61,728 bases of DNA from an uncultured Alphaproteobacteria bacterium (GTDB lineage: Bacteria; Pseudomonadota; Alphaproteobacteria; HIMB59): NCBI GenBank assembly GCA_902527525.1, contig CABZOW010000001.1, positions 1 through 61,728 on the forward strand, in the 5' to 3' direction. The number at the start of each line of letters is the position of its first letter. The stretch's first letter is position 1. The position numbers and the translations under genes are program-made. Below, piece after piece: positions 52,611 to 61,728 of this stretch. A model generated the notes under the pieces. It was not told the origin of the DNA. It saw only the letters and a list, made by a program, of their open reading frames with translations, and did no database searches.

Positions 52611-53380
52611 TGAATATTTTAGATCAAATAGTTTTAGAAAAAAAAAATCACTCAGAATATTTAAGCCAAAAGATAAATAAAAAATATAATTTAAAGCCTA
52701 CTAATTCAAACTCTTTTTTGAAAGCTATAGAAAGTAATTTAAGTAAAAACAAAAATGCACTAATTTCAGAATTTAAGAGATACAGTCCATCTGTTAAAAG
52801 CTTTAATAAAGTTAGATATCTACAAGATGTTATTGAACAATATCATAAATCAAAATGCTGCTGCATATCAATTTTAACAGACAAAAATTTTGGAGGTAGT
52901 TTAAATGATATAAATGTTGCAAAAAAAATATCTAATAAACCAATTATAAGGAAAGATTTTATAATTAATGAAGCACAAGTATTTGAAACTAAAGAATTTG
53001 GCGCTGATGCAATTTTATTGATTGCAAAAATTTTATCAAAATCAGATATTAAAAAGTTGTACAAACTAGCAAACAAAATTGGTTTGGATGTATTGATAGA
53101 AATTGAAAGTATATTTGAGGCTAAAAAGATTAGAGATATTGACGCTAAATTAATTGGAATAAATAATAGAAATTTAAAAGAACAAAAGATTGATATTAAA
53201 AAATCAATTAGATTATCTAAAGTATTGAATAATAAAATAATAATTAGCGAGAGTGGAGTTACGGTTTCAAATATTAAAAAAATAAAAAATAATAGCGGGA
53301 TATCATCTTTTTTAATTGGTGGAAGTATTTTAAATAATGAAAATAAAGTTAAATATATAAATAAATTATATAAAGCCTGA
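52610..53380 (+). CDS. trpC: Indole-3-glycerol phosphate synthase
   Basis: I.EFKR.SPS, SILTD..FGG, RKDFI, GADAILLI, GINNR.L and SESG. Confidence 0.94.
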   Translation: MNILDQIVLEKKNHSEYLSQKINKKYNLKPTNSNSFLKAIESNLSKNKNALISEFKRYSPSVKSFNKVRYLQDVIEQYHKSKCCCISILTDKNFGGSLNDINVAKKISNKPIIRKDFIINEAQVFETKEFGADAILLIAKILSKSDIKKLYKLANKIGLDVLIEIESIFEAKKIRDIDAKLIGINNRNLKEQKIDIKKSIRLSKVLNNKIIISESGVTVSNIKKIKNNSGISSFLIGGSILNNENKVKYINKLYKA

Positions 53381-53844
53381 TGAGTTTATCGCACTTTAAT
53401 AAAAAAAATAAAAGTATTGAAATGGTTGATATTTCAAAAAAAAATAAAACCAAAAGATATGCAGAAGCTAAATCTAAATTAAAAATCGATAGAAAACTTT
53501 TTCTTCTTCTTAAAAATGATAGAGAATTGCAAAATAACTTATATCATACTGCTAAAATAGCAGGTGTTTATGCTGCTAAAAATACATTCCAACAAATTCC
53601 ATTAACGCATAATATACCAATAGACTATGTGTCTTTAACATTTGATTTGAAGGAAAATGAATACATTTTGTTAAAGAGTATAGTTAAATCAAAATATTCT
53701 ACAGGATTAGAAATAGAAGCATTAAATAGTGTTTCTTGTGCATCTATTACAATTTTTGATATGCTCAAATCATATAAAAAAAAAATTACTATTGAAAAAA
53801 TAGAAATTGTAAAAAAAAGGGGAGGTAAAAATAATATTGGATGA
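53380..53844 (+). CDS. moaC: Cyclic pyranopterin monophosphate synthase
   Basis: LSHF, MVDIS.K, A.IAG..AAK, IPL.H, TG.E.EAL, DM.K and K.GGK. Confidence 0.88.
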   Translation: MSLSHFNKKNKSIEMVDISKKNKTKRYAEAKSKLKIDRKLFLLLKNDRELQNNLYHTAKIAGVYAAKNTFQQIPLTHNIPIDYVSLTFDLKENEYILLKSIVKSKYSTGLEIEALNSVSCASITIFDMLKSYKKKITIEKIEIVKKRGGKNNIG

Positions 53845-54955
53845 TATTTTTAAAACAATAAAATTAATATCAAATTATCTTCCAAAAAAAAAATTATTAA
53901 CTATTTATACAAAAAATTTAAAAAAAAATAATTTTATACAATCTGATATAAAAATTAAAAATGATATACCTCCATATAATCAATCATCAATGGACGGTAT
54001 AGCTGTAACAAATATAAGTGAAAAATTTAAAATAGTTGGAAGATCAAAGTTAAATAATTTTAATAATATTAAAGTTAATAAAGATGAGTGTTTGATTGTT
54101 AAAACTGGTTCATTAATACCAAATAATATCAAATATATAATACCTCAAGAACAAATATTTATTAATAAGAGTTATGCTTTTGTAATTAACTTTAACAAAA
54201 AAAATAAATTTATTAGAAAAAGAGGTCATATCTTTAAAAAGGGTGAAAAAATTAACCTTCAAAATAAATATTTATCTTTTAAAGAGTTAAGTAGTTTAAA
54301 AAGTCTTAAAGAAACCAAAATTAAAATATTAAAGCCTTTAAAATTTAAAATATTATCTACTGGTAGTGAATTTACTAAAAAACATTTTATTTTTCCCACT
54401 AATGGTTTTTATTTAAATAATTTTGTATTAATAAATAACCAAATAGTTGAAAAGAATATTCATTTAAGAGATGACCAAAAATTACTAGAGAAAGAAATTA
54501 ATGATTCAAAATCAGATATTACAGTTATTATTGGAGGAACTGGTAAAAGTAAAGATGATATAGATTTTAATAATTTTAATTTAATTGTAGATGGTCTCGA
54601 CTTAAAACCAGGGAGACCATTTAAATTGTTTATAAAACAAAATAGGATTTATTTATTTTTCCCTGGTAACCCCTGCTCATCATTCGTATTAACCAACATA
54701 ATTATAAAATCATTAATAGAAATTTATAACTTTAACAAATCTACTATTAAGCATGAGATAATTAATATTAAAAAAATTAAATTTAATTTCAAAAACTATA
54801 AAAGAAAATCATTTTTATTTGGATTTAGGGATAATAAAAATATTAAAATATTCAATAATCAAGAGAGTTCTAATTTAAAAAATATATTAAAGGCAAATTG
54901 TCTAATTTATTATGATAGAACTAATAAATTAAGATTGTATCAGGTTAATGACTAA
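53837..54955 (+). CDS. moeA: Molybdopterin molybdotransferase, strongly diverged
   Basis: PP...S.MDG.A, TG..IP, STG.E, KPGRP, PGNP.S and QESS. Confidence 0.82.
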   Translation: MDDIFKTIKLISNYLPKKKLLTIYTKNLKKNNFIQSDIKIKNDIPPYNQSSMDGIAVTNISEKFKIVGRSKLNNFNNIKVNKDECLIVKTGSLIPNNIKYIIPQEQIFINKSYAFVINFNKKNKFIRKRGHIFKKGEKINLQNKYLSFKELSSLKSLKETKIKILKPLKFKILSTGSEFTKKHFIFPTNGFYLNNFVLINNQIVEKNIHLRDDQKLLEKEINDSKSDITVIIGGTGKSKDDIDFNNFNLIVDGLDLKPGRPFKLFIKQNRIYLFFPGNPCSSFVLTNIIIKSLIEIYNFNKSTIKHEIINIKKIKFNFKNYKRKSFLFGFRDNKNIKIFNNQESSNLKNILKANCLIYYDRTNKLRLYQVND

Positions 54956-55526
54956 AAACGCAAAAAAGCTATTAGAATTTTTGAGAAAATATATTGAAAA
55001 AAATAAGATATCTCCAAACTATGAAGAAATGAAAGAGCATATGGGTCTTAAATCAAAATCATCTATATTTCAATATTTAGAATATCTTGAGGAATTAGGT
55101 CATATAAAAAAAGACAAATTAAAATCAAGATCTATCGAATTAAATAGTGTAATACCATTCTATAATGAAATCTCTGCTGGTAAGCCAATAGATGTTCTAA
55201 ATGATCAAATAGAGTTTATTGATATTAATAATTTTATAAAATCTGATAAAGCCAACTGTATTGCTTGTAAGGTACATGGAAATTCAATGGAGTCGTATGG
55301 TATTTTTGAAGATGATATAATTATATTAGAAAAAGTTACAAATTATAATTCAAATGATATACACGCTGTTCAAATAGATGATAGTGAGATAACCCTTAAA
55401 AAGATTAAACTAATCAAAGATGAAGTTGAGATATTTGGCGATCATAAAAATTTTTCCTCAGTCAGATATAAGAAAGATAGAGTTAAAATATTAGGCAAAA
55501 TGGTTAATTTAGTCAGAAAATATTAA
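54948..55526 (+). CDS. lexA: SOS repressor LexA
   Basis: N-terminal wHTH, ISAG cleavage site, catalytic Ser (GNSM) and Lys (TLKK). Conserved position after moeA. Confidence 0.9.
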   Translation: MTKNAKKLLEFLRKYIEKNKISPNYEEMKEHMGLKSKSSIFQYLEYLEELGHIKKDKLKSRSIELNSVIPFYNEISAGKPIDVLNDQIEFIDINNFIKSDKANCIACKVHGNSMESYGIFEDDIIILEKVTNYNSNDIHAVQIDDSEITLKKIKLIKDEVEIFGDHKNFSSVRYKKDRVKILGKMVNLVRKY

Positions 55527-56761
55527 TGATAATAACAAGGTTTGCCCCCTCACCTACTGGAAATTTTCATATGGGTAGTTTAAGGACCGCAATTTATAAT
55601 TATTTATTCGCTAAAAAGAATAAAGGGAAATTTTTGTTAAGAATTGAGGACACTGATAAAGAGAGATCAAATAAAATTTATGAAGATGAAATCTTAAAAA
55701 TATTTGATATTTTTAATCTTCAATATGACAATCTAATTTATCAATCAAAGAATTTAAGTGTTCATCAAGAGTATTTAGATGAACTGATATCTACTGATTT
55801 AGCTTATCAGTCAGACGATGGACCTTATAAGTTTAGAGTAAAAAGAGATAATGAATTTTTTAAATATAATGATTTAATTTTAGGAGAGGTAAAAATACCA
55901 TCAAATACAATAGAGGATTTCTCGATAGCTAGATCTGATAAAACTCCCACATTTATATTATCAAATTTAATAGATGATAATTTTGTAAATGTTACCAATG
56001 TAATTAGAGGAAATGATCATACCATTAATACGGTTAAACAAAAAATGTTATCTAATGCTCTGAACCTCAAAGAAATACATTATGCTCACATTCCACTTAT
56101 ACATGATATTCAAGGAAAAAAATTATCTAAAAGAGATAATATAACTAATGTTGAGTATTACTTAAATGATGGTTACTTAGCAGCTTCCATATTTAATTTT
56201 ATTATCAAATTAGGTAATAATTTTAATGATATTGAATACCTAAATATTGATGACGCCATTAAAAATTTTAATTTATCTAAAACAGTTTTATCACCTGCAA
56301 AATTTGATATTGAAAAACTAAACTTTATTAATCAATATTATTTAAAAGATTTATCTTTTTCAGAATTTAATAAATACTTAGAAAAAGATGTAAAAAAACA
56401 AATATCTAGTTTTAAGTTAGAGCCAATATATAAAGATATCTTAGAGAGATGTCATAAATATACAGAAATTAATTTAGAGGTAGTCAAACTTTATGATTTT
56501 TTTAAAAAAAATTCAGTCCTTGAGATTGATAATAATGAAAAAGATTTGATTAAAAAAATTCATACAATTATTAATAATTTGCATGATAATGATAATACTA
56601 TATCAATACTTGAAAAAAATGGCCTACCTTTAAAGAATATTGGCAAAATAATAAGAAAAATTACAGTAAATTTTGAGTCTAAGATACCAATTGAAAAAAT
56701 TTTTATATTCTTTGGTATTGAAAATATAAAAGAAAGACTATTATTATACATAAATGATTGA
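55526..56761 (+). CDS. gltX: Glutamate--tRNA ligase, compact
   Basis: [13 protein letters not shown] (HIGH), LRIEDTD, IRG.DH, KLSKR and FD.EKL. Confidence 0.92.
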   Translation: MIITRFAPSPTGNFHMGSLRTAIYNYLFAKKNKGKFLLRIEDTDKERSNKIYEDEILKIFDIFNLQYDNLIYQSKNLSVHQEYLDELISTDLAYQSDDGPYKFRVKRDNEFFKYNDLILGEVKIPSNTIEDFSIARSDKTPTFILSNLIDDNFVNVTNVIRGNDHTINTVKQKMLSNALNLKEIHYAHIPLIHDIQGKKLSKRDNITNVEYYLNDGYLAASIFNFIIKLGNNFNDIEYLNIDDAIKNFNLSKTVLSPAKFDIEKLNFINQYYLKDLSFSEFNKYLEKDVKKQISSFKLEPIYKDILERCHKYTEINLEVVKLYDFFKKNSVLEIDNNEKDLIKKIHTIINNLHDNDNTISILEKNGLPLKNIGKIIRKITVNFESKIPIEKIFIFFGIENIKERLLLYIND

Positions 56762-58109
56762 TGAAAAAAGATTTAAGTTAGTTGATACTAAAACTGGAAA
56801 GGAATATGAATTTGATGGTCTTAATGGCTCTATTGGACCTGATGTAATTAATATATCATCCTTATACAAAAAAACAGGTCTGTTTACTTACGATCCTGGC
56901 TTTACATCAACTGCTGCTTGTAATTCTAAAATTACATATATTGATGGTGAGAAAGGTATCCTCCAATACAGGGGTTACCCAATTGAGGAACTTGCTAATA
57001 ATAGCTCTCATTTAGAAGTTTGTTACTTACTTATGCATGGTGAACTACCCTCAGAGAGTGATAAAAACGAATTTGAAGAAATAATTAAAAATCATACTTT
57101 ACTTAATGAACAAATAATTCAATTTTATAAAGGCTTTAGAAGAGATGCTCATCCAATGGCTATGATGATTGGGATTGTAGGTGCTCTATCATCTTTTTAT
57201 CATGACACACTAAATATTGAAGATCCAGAACACAGAATGATAGCTTCACACAGAATATTGGCAAAAATGCCTACTATTGCTGCTATGGCATATAAATATT
57301 CTGTAGGACAGCCTTTTGTTTATCCAGTAAACAAACTTAATTACGCAGATAATTTTTTACATATGTGCTTTGCAACACCAACCAAAGAATATGAAATAAA
57401 TCCACTTTTTTCAAAAATAATGGATCAAATATTCATTCTTCACGCTGATCATGAACAAAATGCATCGACATCTACTGTGCGAACTGCAGGGTCTTCATTA
57501 GCAAACCCATATGCATGTTTATCAGCGGGTATTTCCTCACTTTGGGGTAAGTCTCATGGTGGAGCTAATGAAGCTGTTATAGATATGCTTGATGAGATTG
57601 TTTCAAATGAATTACAGCCAAAAGATTTCATAGAAGAAGTTAAAAATAAAAAAAATAAAATTAGGTTGATGGGTTTTGGGCATAGGGTATATAAGAGCTA
57701 TGACCCTAGAGCAAAAGTATTAAAGAAAAGCACCGAAGATTTATTTAAAGATTTGAAAATAAAGTCTAAAGATCTTGAAATAGCAAAAGAAATTGAGGAA
57801 TTAGCATTGAATGACTCCTATTTTAAAGAAAAAAATCTTTATCCAAATGTAGATTTCTATTCAGGAATACTCCTAAAAGCTCTAGATATACCCACATCAA
57901 TGTTTACACCTATTTTTGCAGTTGGAAGGACAGTAGGATGGTTATCACAATGGAAAGAAATGATTGAAGATAATGAATTTAAAATTACGAGGCCAAGACA
58001 ACTATTTACAGGTAATAAAAATAGAATCTACAAAAAAGTTCCTGATAGAGAGAAAAAATCAATATTTAATTTACTATGGCTTAAGAAAACTTTTCTAAAT
58101 AATCAATAA
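56754..58109 (+). CDS. gltA: Citrate synthase (type II)
   Basis: [47 protein letters not shown] and RPRQ. Confidence 0.97.
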   Translation: MIDEKRFKLVDTKTGKEYEFDGLNGSIGPDVINISSLYKKTGLFTYDPGFTSTAACNSKITYIDGEKGILQYRGYPIEELANNSSHLEVCYLLMHGELPSESDKNEFEEIIKNHTLLNEQIIQFYKGFRRDAHPMAMMIGIVGALSSFYHDTLNIEDPEHRMIASHRILAKMPTIAAMAYKYSVGQPFVYPVNKLNYADNFLHMCFATPTKEYEINPLFSKIMDQIFILHADHEQNASTSTVRTAGSSLANPYACLSAGISSLWGKSHGGANEAVIDMLDEIVSNELQPKDFIEEVKNKKNKIRLMGFGHRVYKSYDPRAKVLKKSTEDLFKDLKIKSKDLEIAKEIEELALNDSYFKEKNLYPNVDFYSGILLKALDIPTSMFTPIFAVGRTVGWLSQWKEMIEDNEFKITRPRQLFTGNKNRIYKKVPDREKKSIFNLLWLKKTFLNNQ

Positions 58110-59169
58110 TCATATTTGGACGAAAACTAGTAAGATTACTATTTGCAAGACCACTTAACATATCGTTTCTGTAATTAATTAAAGATTTTTTATTAGATCT
58201 TATATTTTTAAAAAAAAATAATAAGTTTTTTACATTAAAATCACTTTGAATATATTCTTTTATAATTTCTTTTTTATTAAAAATGTTTACTAATGATAAA
58301 AAATTAGATCTAACAAAGAATTTAAAAATAAAATAATTTATGTAATTTGCTTTATAAAAAATTATATGAGGAATATTTGAAAAACATAATTCTAAATGCA
58401 CAGTACCTGAACATGCAAAAGCAAAGTCTAATTTAGAGATTTTTTGATAGTAGGTATCATCATTAATATGAAAAATTAGATTAGAATTCCCTTTTAAAGT
58501 ATTTTTAATAAATTCTTTAAATTCATCTGTAATGAAAAAATTAAAAATAAGGTCTTTTTGATCTTTAAGGCTATTAAGAAGTTTATTAATAATATATATA
58601 TTTTTATGTATTTCTTGACGTCTACTACCTAAAAAAAAACCAATATTTTTTAGAGACATGTCATTACTATTTGAAAAATAAGTTTTGTTCATTAAAGGAT
58701 GTCCAATATATCGATATAGATTTGGTTTATAGTATGATTGTTCAATCTTAAATATTGAAAAAATTCTATCATAATTGTTATTTATAAAATTAGCTTTTTT
58801 AGATTTCCATATAAAAACTGATGGACCTACAATTTGACAATATTTAATTTTATTTGATTTAAATTTTTTTACATAAAATTTTGAGAAATCAAATGAATCA
58901 ATAAAAAAAATGTGTGTAAATGAATGATTTATTATAGCTTCGTTAATTTTGCGTCTCAATTTAAAAAGATATTTTAAATTCAATATTATATTTACAATGC
59001 CCATAATAGAACTTATTTTAATATTAGTGATATCGATAAAATCTTTGTAATTATTATCCATACCAAAAGTATATATTTTGCTTTTATTGATATTAAAAAA
59101 TTTTTCATCAAGTATCGATTTAAGAATTTGTTTACCAGATTGTTAAAGAGTGATAAATAAGACCTTCAT
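58081..59169 (-). pseudogene. lpxB: Lipid-A-disaccharide synthase with an in-frame TAA at codon 9 (pseudogene, sequence error, or truncated form starting at 59061)
   Basis: From ATG 59169 (coupled to the lpxI stop) it reads MKVLFITL*QSGKQILKS...FGMDNN, in frame with the 58081..59061 ORF. That ORF carries S.MG, IDS.DF, PSV..W, GHP, GSR..EI and SGT..LEL. Confidence 0.75.
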
Positions 59170-59993
59170 TACAAGACAATTAGTGAAATTTTATTAGTTT
59201 TAATTTGATTTAAAAATTTTTCTTTTTCTGAGATTAAAATATCATTATTAAATAAACAAATAACTTGAAATTTATACTTAATTAATAAATTTAATGTATG
59301 CGTGCCTATCACAGGAAAATCAATTTCATCTATTTGATCATATTTCTTAGACTTTACAAAAATCAAATTATTGAATTTAGAACTAACTTTACCTATCCTG
59401 GTAATCATATCATTAGTTCCAAAAATATCTTCCATGGCTATTAACCTATCGCCATTAAAAATAAATGATTGTCCAATATTCATTGAATATAATTTTCTAA
59501 TAAAAACTTTTTTTTTTGTTAATTGATTTACAACTTTTTTATTTTCTCTATGAACATATTCATCATTTTTATTGACTAGCATTTCTTTTAATAATTTTTT
59601 TTGTGAAAGTAGAGTTAATTTATTATTCAATAAATATTTCTTCAAAATTTTAGATTGGTCATTAATATTATTAATGAATATATCCTTAGAAATTAGAAGC
59701 TTTGACTTTAATGATAAATTAAATTTCTCTAGAGGTGGAAGATCTACATATCCTATTATAATTATTTTTTGTAAATTTCTAGATTTAATAAATGAAATAA
59801 TTTTTTCTAAATTTTTTATATTAAATTGTTCATAATTATTTTTAAAATTTTTTTTAAGAGATTTATTATTGTTAATGATAATAATTTGACCTAATAAATT
59901 TTTAAAATTTAAATAATTAGCTACTTCATTTACAAATAATCCTGATCCAGCTATTAAGCAAATATCATTTTTGTATATGGCCAAGTTTCTCAT
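59169..59993 (-). CDS. lpxI: UDP-2,3-diacylglucosamine diphosphatase LpxI, diverged
   Basis: LIAGSG, IGQ, A.E...GT..MI, VK.K..Q and D.PVIG..T. Lies between lpxA and lpxB. Confidence 0.75.
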   Translation of the reverse strand: MRNLAIYKNDICLIAGSGLFVNEVANYLNFKNLLGQIIIINNNKSLKKNFKNNYEQFNIKNLEKIISFIKSRNLQKIIIIGYVDLPPLEKFNLSLKSKLLISKDIFINNINDQSKILKKYLLNNKLTLLSQKKLLKEMLVNKNDEYVHRENKKVVNQLTKKKVFIRKLYSMNIGQSFIFNGDRLIAMEDIFGTNDMITRIGKVSSKFNNLIFVKSKKYDQIDEIDFPVIGTHTLNLLIKYKFQVICLFNNDILISEKEKFLNQIKTNKISLIVL

Positions 59994-60723
59994 TCAAGAT
60001 TGATTTATACTCGTAAAATATATTCTCTACTTTATCTTTAGTTGAAAGATTAATATCTTCGCCAATAAAACTTTCATGCAAAGTATTAATTTTATTGATG
60101 TCCTCTTTATTAAAGTTATTTCTTCTTATACCTACTAAATTTAAACCTCTTAGTTTAGCTCGATTGCCAATAGCTAAACTGAAAGGTAATACGTTTTTAT
60201 CTATTCCACTCATTCCACCAATCATAGAATAAGAACCTATTGTTACAAACTGTATAACTGCTGATAAACCACCAATAACAACATTATTTTGAATATTTAC
60301 GTGTCCTCCTAAAGTAACCTGATTTACGAATATATTGTTGTTATTTATTTTACAATCATGTGCTATATGCACTCCGGTCATAAAAAGATTATTATCATTT
60401 ATACTTGTTACCATCCCACCATCTTTAGTTCCTTTGCTAATTGTAACATTTTCTCTAAATGTATTTGAATTTCCAATTTCTAAAAAACTCTCTTCCCCAG
60501 AAAATTTTAGATCTTGTGGATCACATCCTATGTTTGAAAAAGGATAAAAAATATTATTCTTTCCTATTGATGTATTTCCAGTAATTGAAATGTGAGATTT
60601 TAATTCTGTACCGTCACCAATTGTAATATTTCCATCAATATTACAAAAAGGTCCAATTTTTACACCCTTTCCTAATGAAACAGATTTACTGATTGTGCTA
60701 CTTGGATGAATCTGGGATGTCAT
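59965..60723 (-). CDS. lpxA: UDP-N-acetylglucosamine acyltransferase
   Basis: IHP, hexapeptide repeats, PQDLKF, RENVTI..GT, HIAHDC, LGGHV and GLNLVG..R. Confidence 0.95.
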   Translation of the reverse strand: MTSQIHPSSTISKSVSLGKGVKIGPFCNIDGNITIGDGTELKSHISITGNTSIGKNNIFYPFSNIGCDPQDLKFSGEESFLEIGNSNTFRENVTISKGTKDGGMVTSINDNNLFMTGVHIAHDCKINNNNIFVNQVTLGGHVNIQNNVVIGGLSAVIQFVTIGSYSMIGGMSGIDKNVLPFSLAIGNRAKLRGLNLVGIRRNNFNKEDINKINTLHESFIGEDINLSTKDKVENIFYEYKSILNEKLGHIQK

Positions 60724-61144
60724 GTATCATAGCTGAAAATATACATTGAGCATGTATAACATCATTCACAAAGCATTTACCTTCAAATTTGTAAACATTC
60801 TTAACTTTGTTTAAACGATTGACTTTAAGATCTAAAACATCACCTGGTATTATGGGTTTTCTAAACTTACATTTATCAATAGTCATAAAAGACACTCCTG
60901 GATTTTTCATAGAGTCTTTTAGTTTCATGGCCACTGTAAAACATGCCGCTTGAACAATAGCCTCAATTACTAGTACTCCTGGCATTAGTGGCCTACCAGG
61001 AAAATGACCTTGAAAAAATGGTTCATTAATAGTGACGCATTTAACTGCGTGCGCAGATATATCTGGCTCAAAATCTAAAATTTTATCTATTAGTAAAAAA
61101 GGATACCTATGAGGGAGAATTTTTTGTATTTCGTTAATGTCCAT
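60698..61144 (-). CDS. fabZ: 3-hydroxyacyl-ACP dehydratase
   Basis: LPHRYPFLLID, NEPFFQGHFP, MPGVL..EA and KFRKP..PGD. Confidence 0.97.
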   Translation of the reverse strand: MDINEIQKILPHRYPFLLIDKILDFEPDISAHAVKCVTINEPFFQGHFPGRPLMPGVLVIEAIVQAACFTVAMKLKDSMKNPGVSFMTIDKCKFRKPIIPGDVLDLKVNRLNKVKNVYKFEGKCFVNDVIHAQCIFSAMIHDIPDSSK

Positions 61145-61728
61145 ATTTCCTTTGTTTTATAATATTTTTTTTCCACTCATTTATATCAGTGGCGGGGAAA
61201 CCAGCAACAACAGAATTATCATTAATATTTTTAGTTACACCACTTTTAGCAGCTATAACTACATTTTCACCAATATTGATATGTCCAGCAAAACCTACTT
61301 GACCACCAATTGTTACATTTTTTCCAATAATAACACTTCCAGATATACCCGTTTGAGCTGCTATACATGCATTTTTATTGATTACTACATTATGAGCAAT
61401 ATGAACCATGTTATCTATCATTGAGTTTTTTCCAATAAAAGTAAAATCAATTTTACCACGATCAATAGTACAACTAGATCCTATATGAACATTATCATCG
61501 ATAATGACGATACCTATTTGGGGATTCAAAAAAGATGAACCTCTTTTGTTAAAATCAAATCCAAAACCAGTTGAGCCGATTATAGAATTATCACTAATAA
61601 CAACATCTTGCCCAATAATAGAATTTTTGACTATAACATTATTTTTAATAATAGAATTTTTACCAATCTCAACACCTCTTGAGATAACACAATTTTTACC
61701 TATCTCAACACTTTTATCAATTAAAGAA
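61134..61728 (-). CDS. lpxD: UDP-3-O-acylglucosamine N-acyltransferase, 3' part (5' end outside window)
   Basis: The frame stays open from the window edge (SLIDKSVEIGKN...IGSTGFGF...PQIG...IDRG...DNMVHIAHNV...G.PA), so the 61529 track start is artefactual. Confidence 0.94.
   Translation of the reverse strand, partial: SLIDKSVEIGKNCVISRGVEIGKNSIIKNNVIVKNSIIGQDVVISDNSIIGSTGFGFDFNKRGSSFLNPQIGIVIIDDNVHIGSSCTIDRGKIDFTFIGKNSMIDNMVHIAHNVVINKNACIAAQTGISGSVIIGKNVTIGGQVGFAGHINIGENVVIAAKSGVTKNINDNSVVAGFPATDINEWKKNIIKQRKYGH

Overview
Very AT-rich, extremely gene-dense chromosomal segment from a streamlined alphaproteobacterium. Gene content and composition resemble marine SAR11-like or HIMB59-like lineages, but this taxonomy is an inference. 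The right ~30 kb is a pruned version of conserved alphaproteobacterial core synteny: trkA-ntrX-ntrY, ispDF, lipA-lpdA-pdhCBA, ftsB-eno-kdsA-pyrG-secG-tpiA, ppiD-like-trpEGDC-moaC-moeA-lexA-gltX-gltA and lpxB-lpxI-lpxA-fabZ-lpxD. The left half holds metabolic modules: partial argC coupled to a DUF1611-like P-loop protein, guaBA, metY-hydrolase-GFA, a four-gene glucosylglycerate synthesis/recycling cluster just downstream of tRNA-Arg, a Liv-type ABC transporter between tRNA-Arg and tRNA-Pro, DUF1015-serC-serA, and gpt beside a BMP-type purine ABC transporter. No CRISPR array, IS, integrase or prophage was seen. The most notable observations are (1) the DUF1611-like gene translationally coupled to argC, a candidate new arginine-pathway enzyme; (2) DUF1015 heading serC-serA, a candidate SerB substitute or serine kinase; (3) an in-frame TAA at codon 9 of lpxB, where the conserved Glu is expected; (4) the head-to-head overlap of ntrY and ispDF after loss of dusB-ntrBC; and (5) CDSs starting 8-10 nt after tRNA CCA ends.
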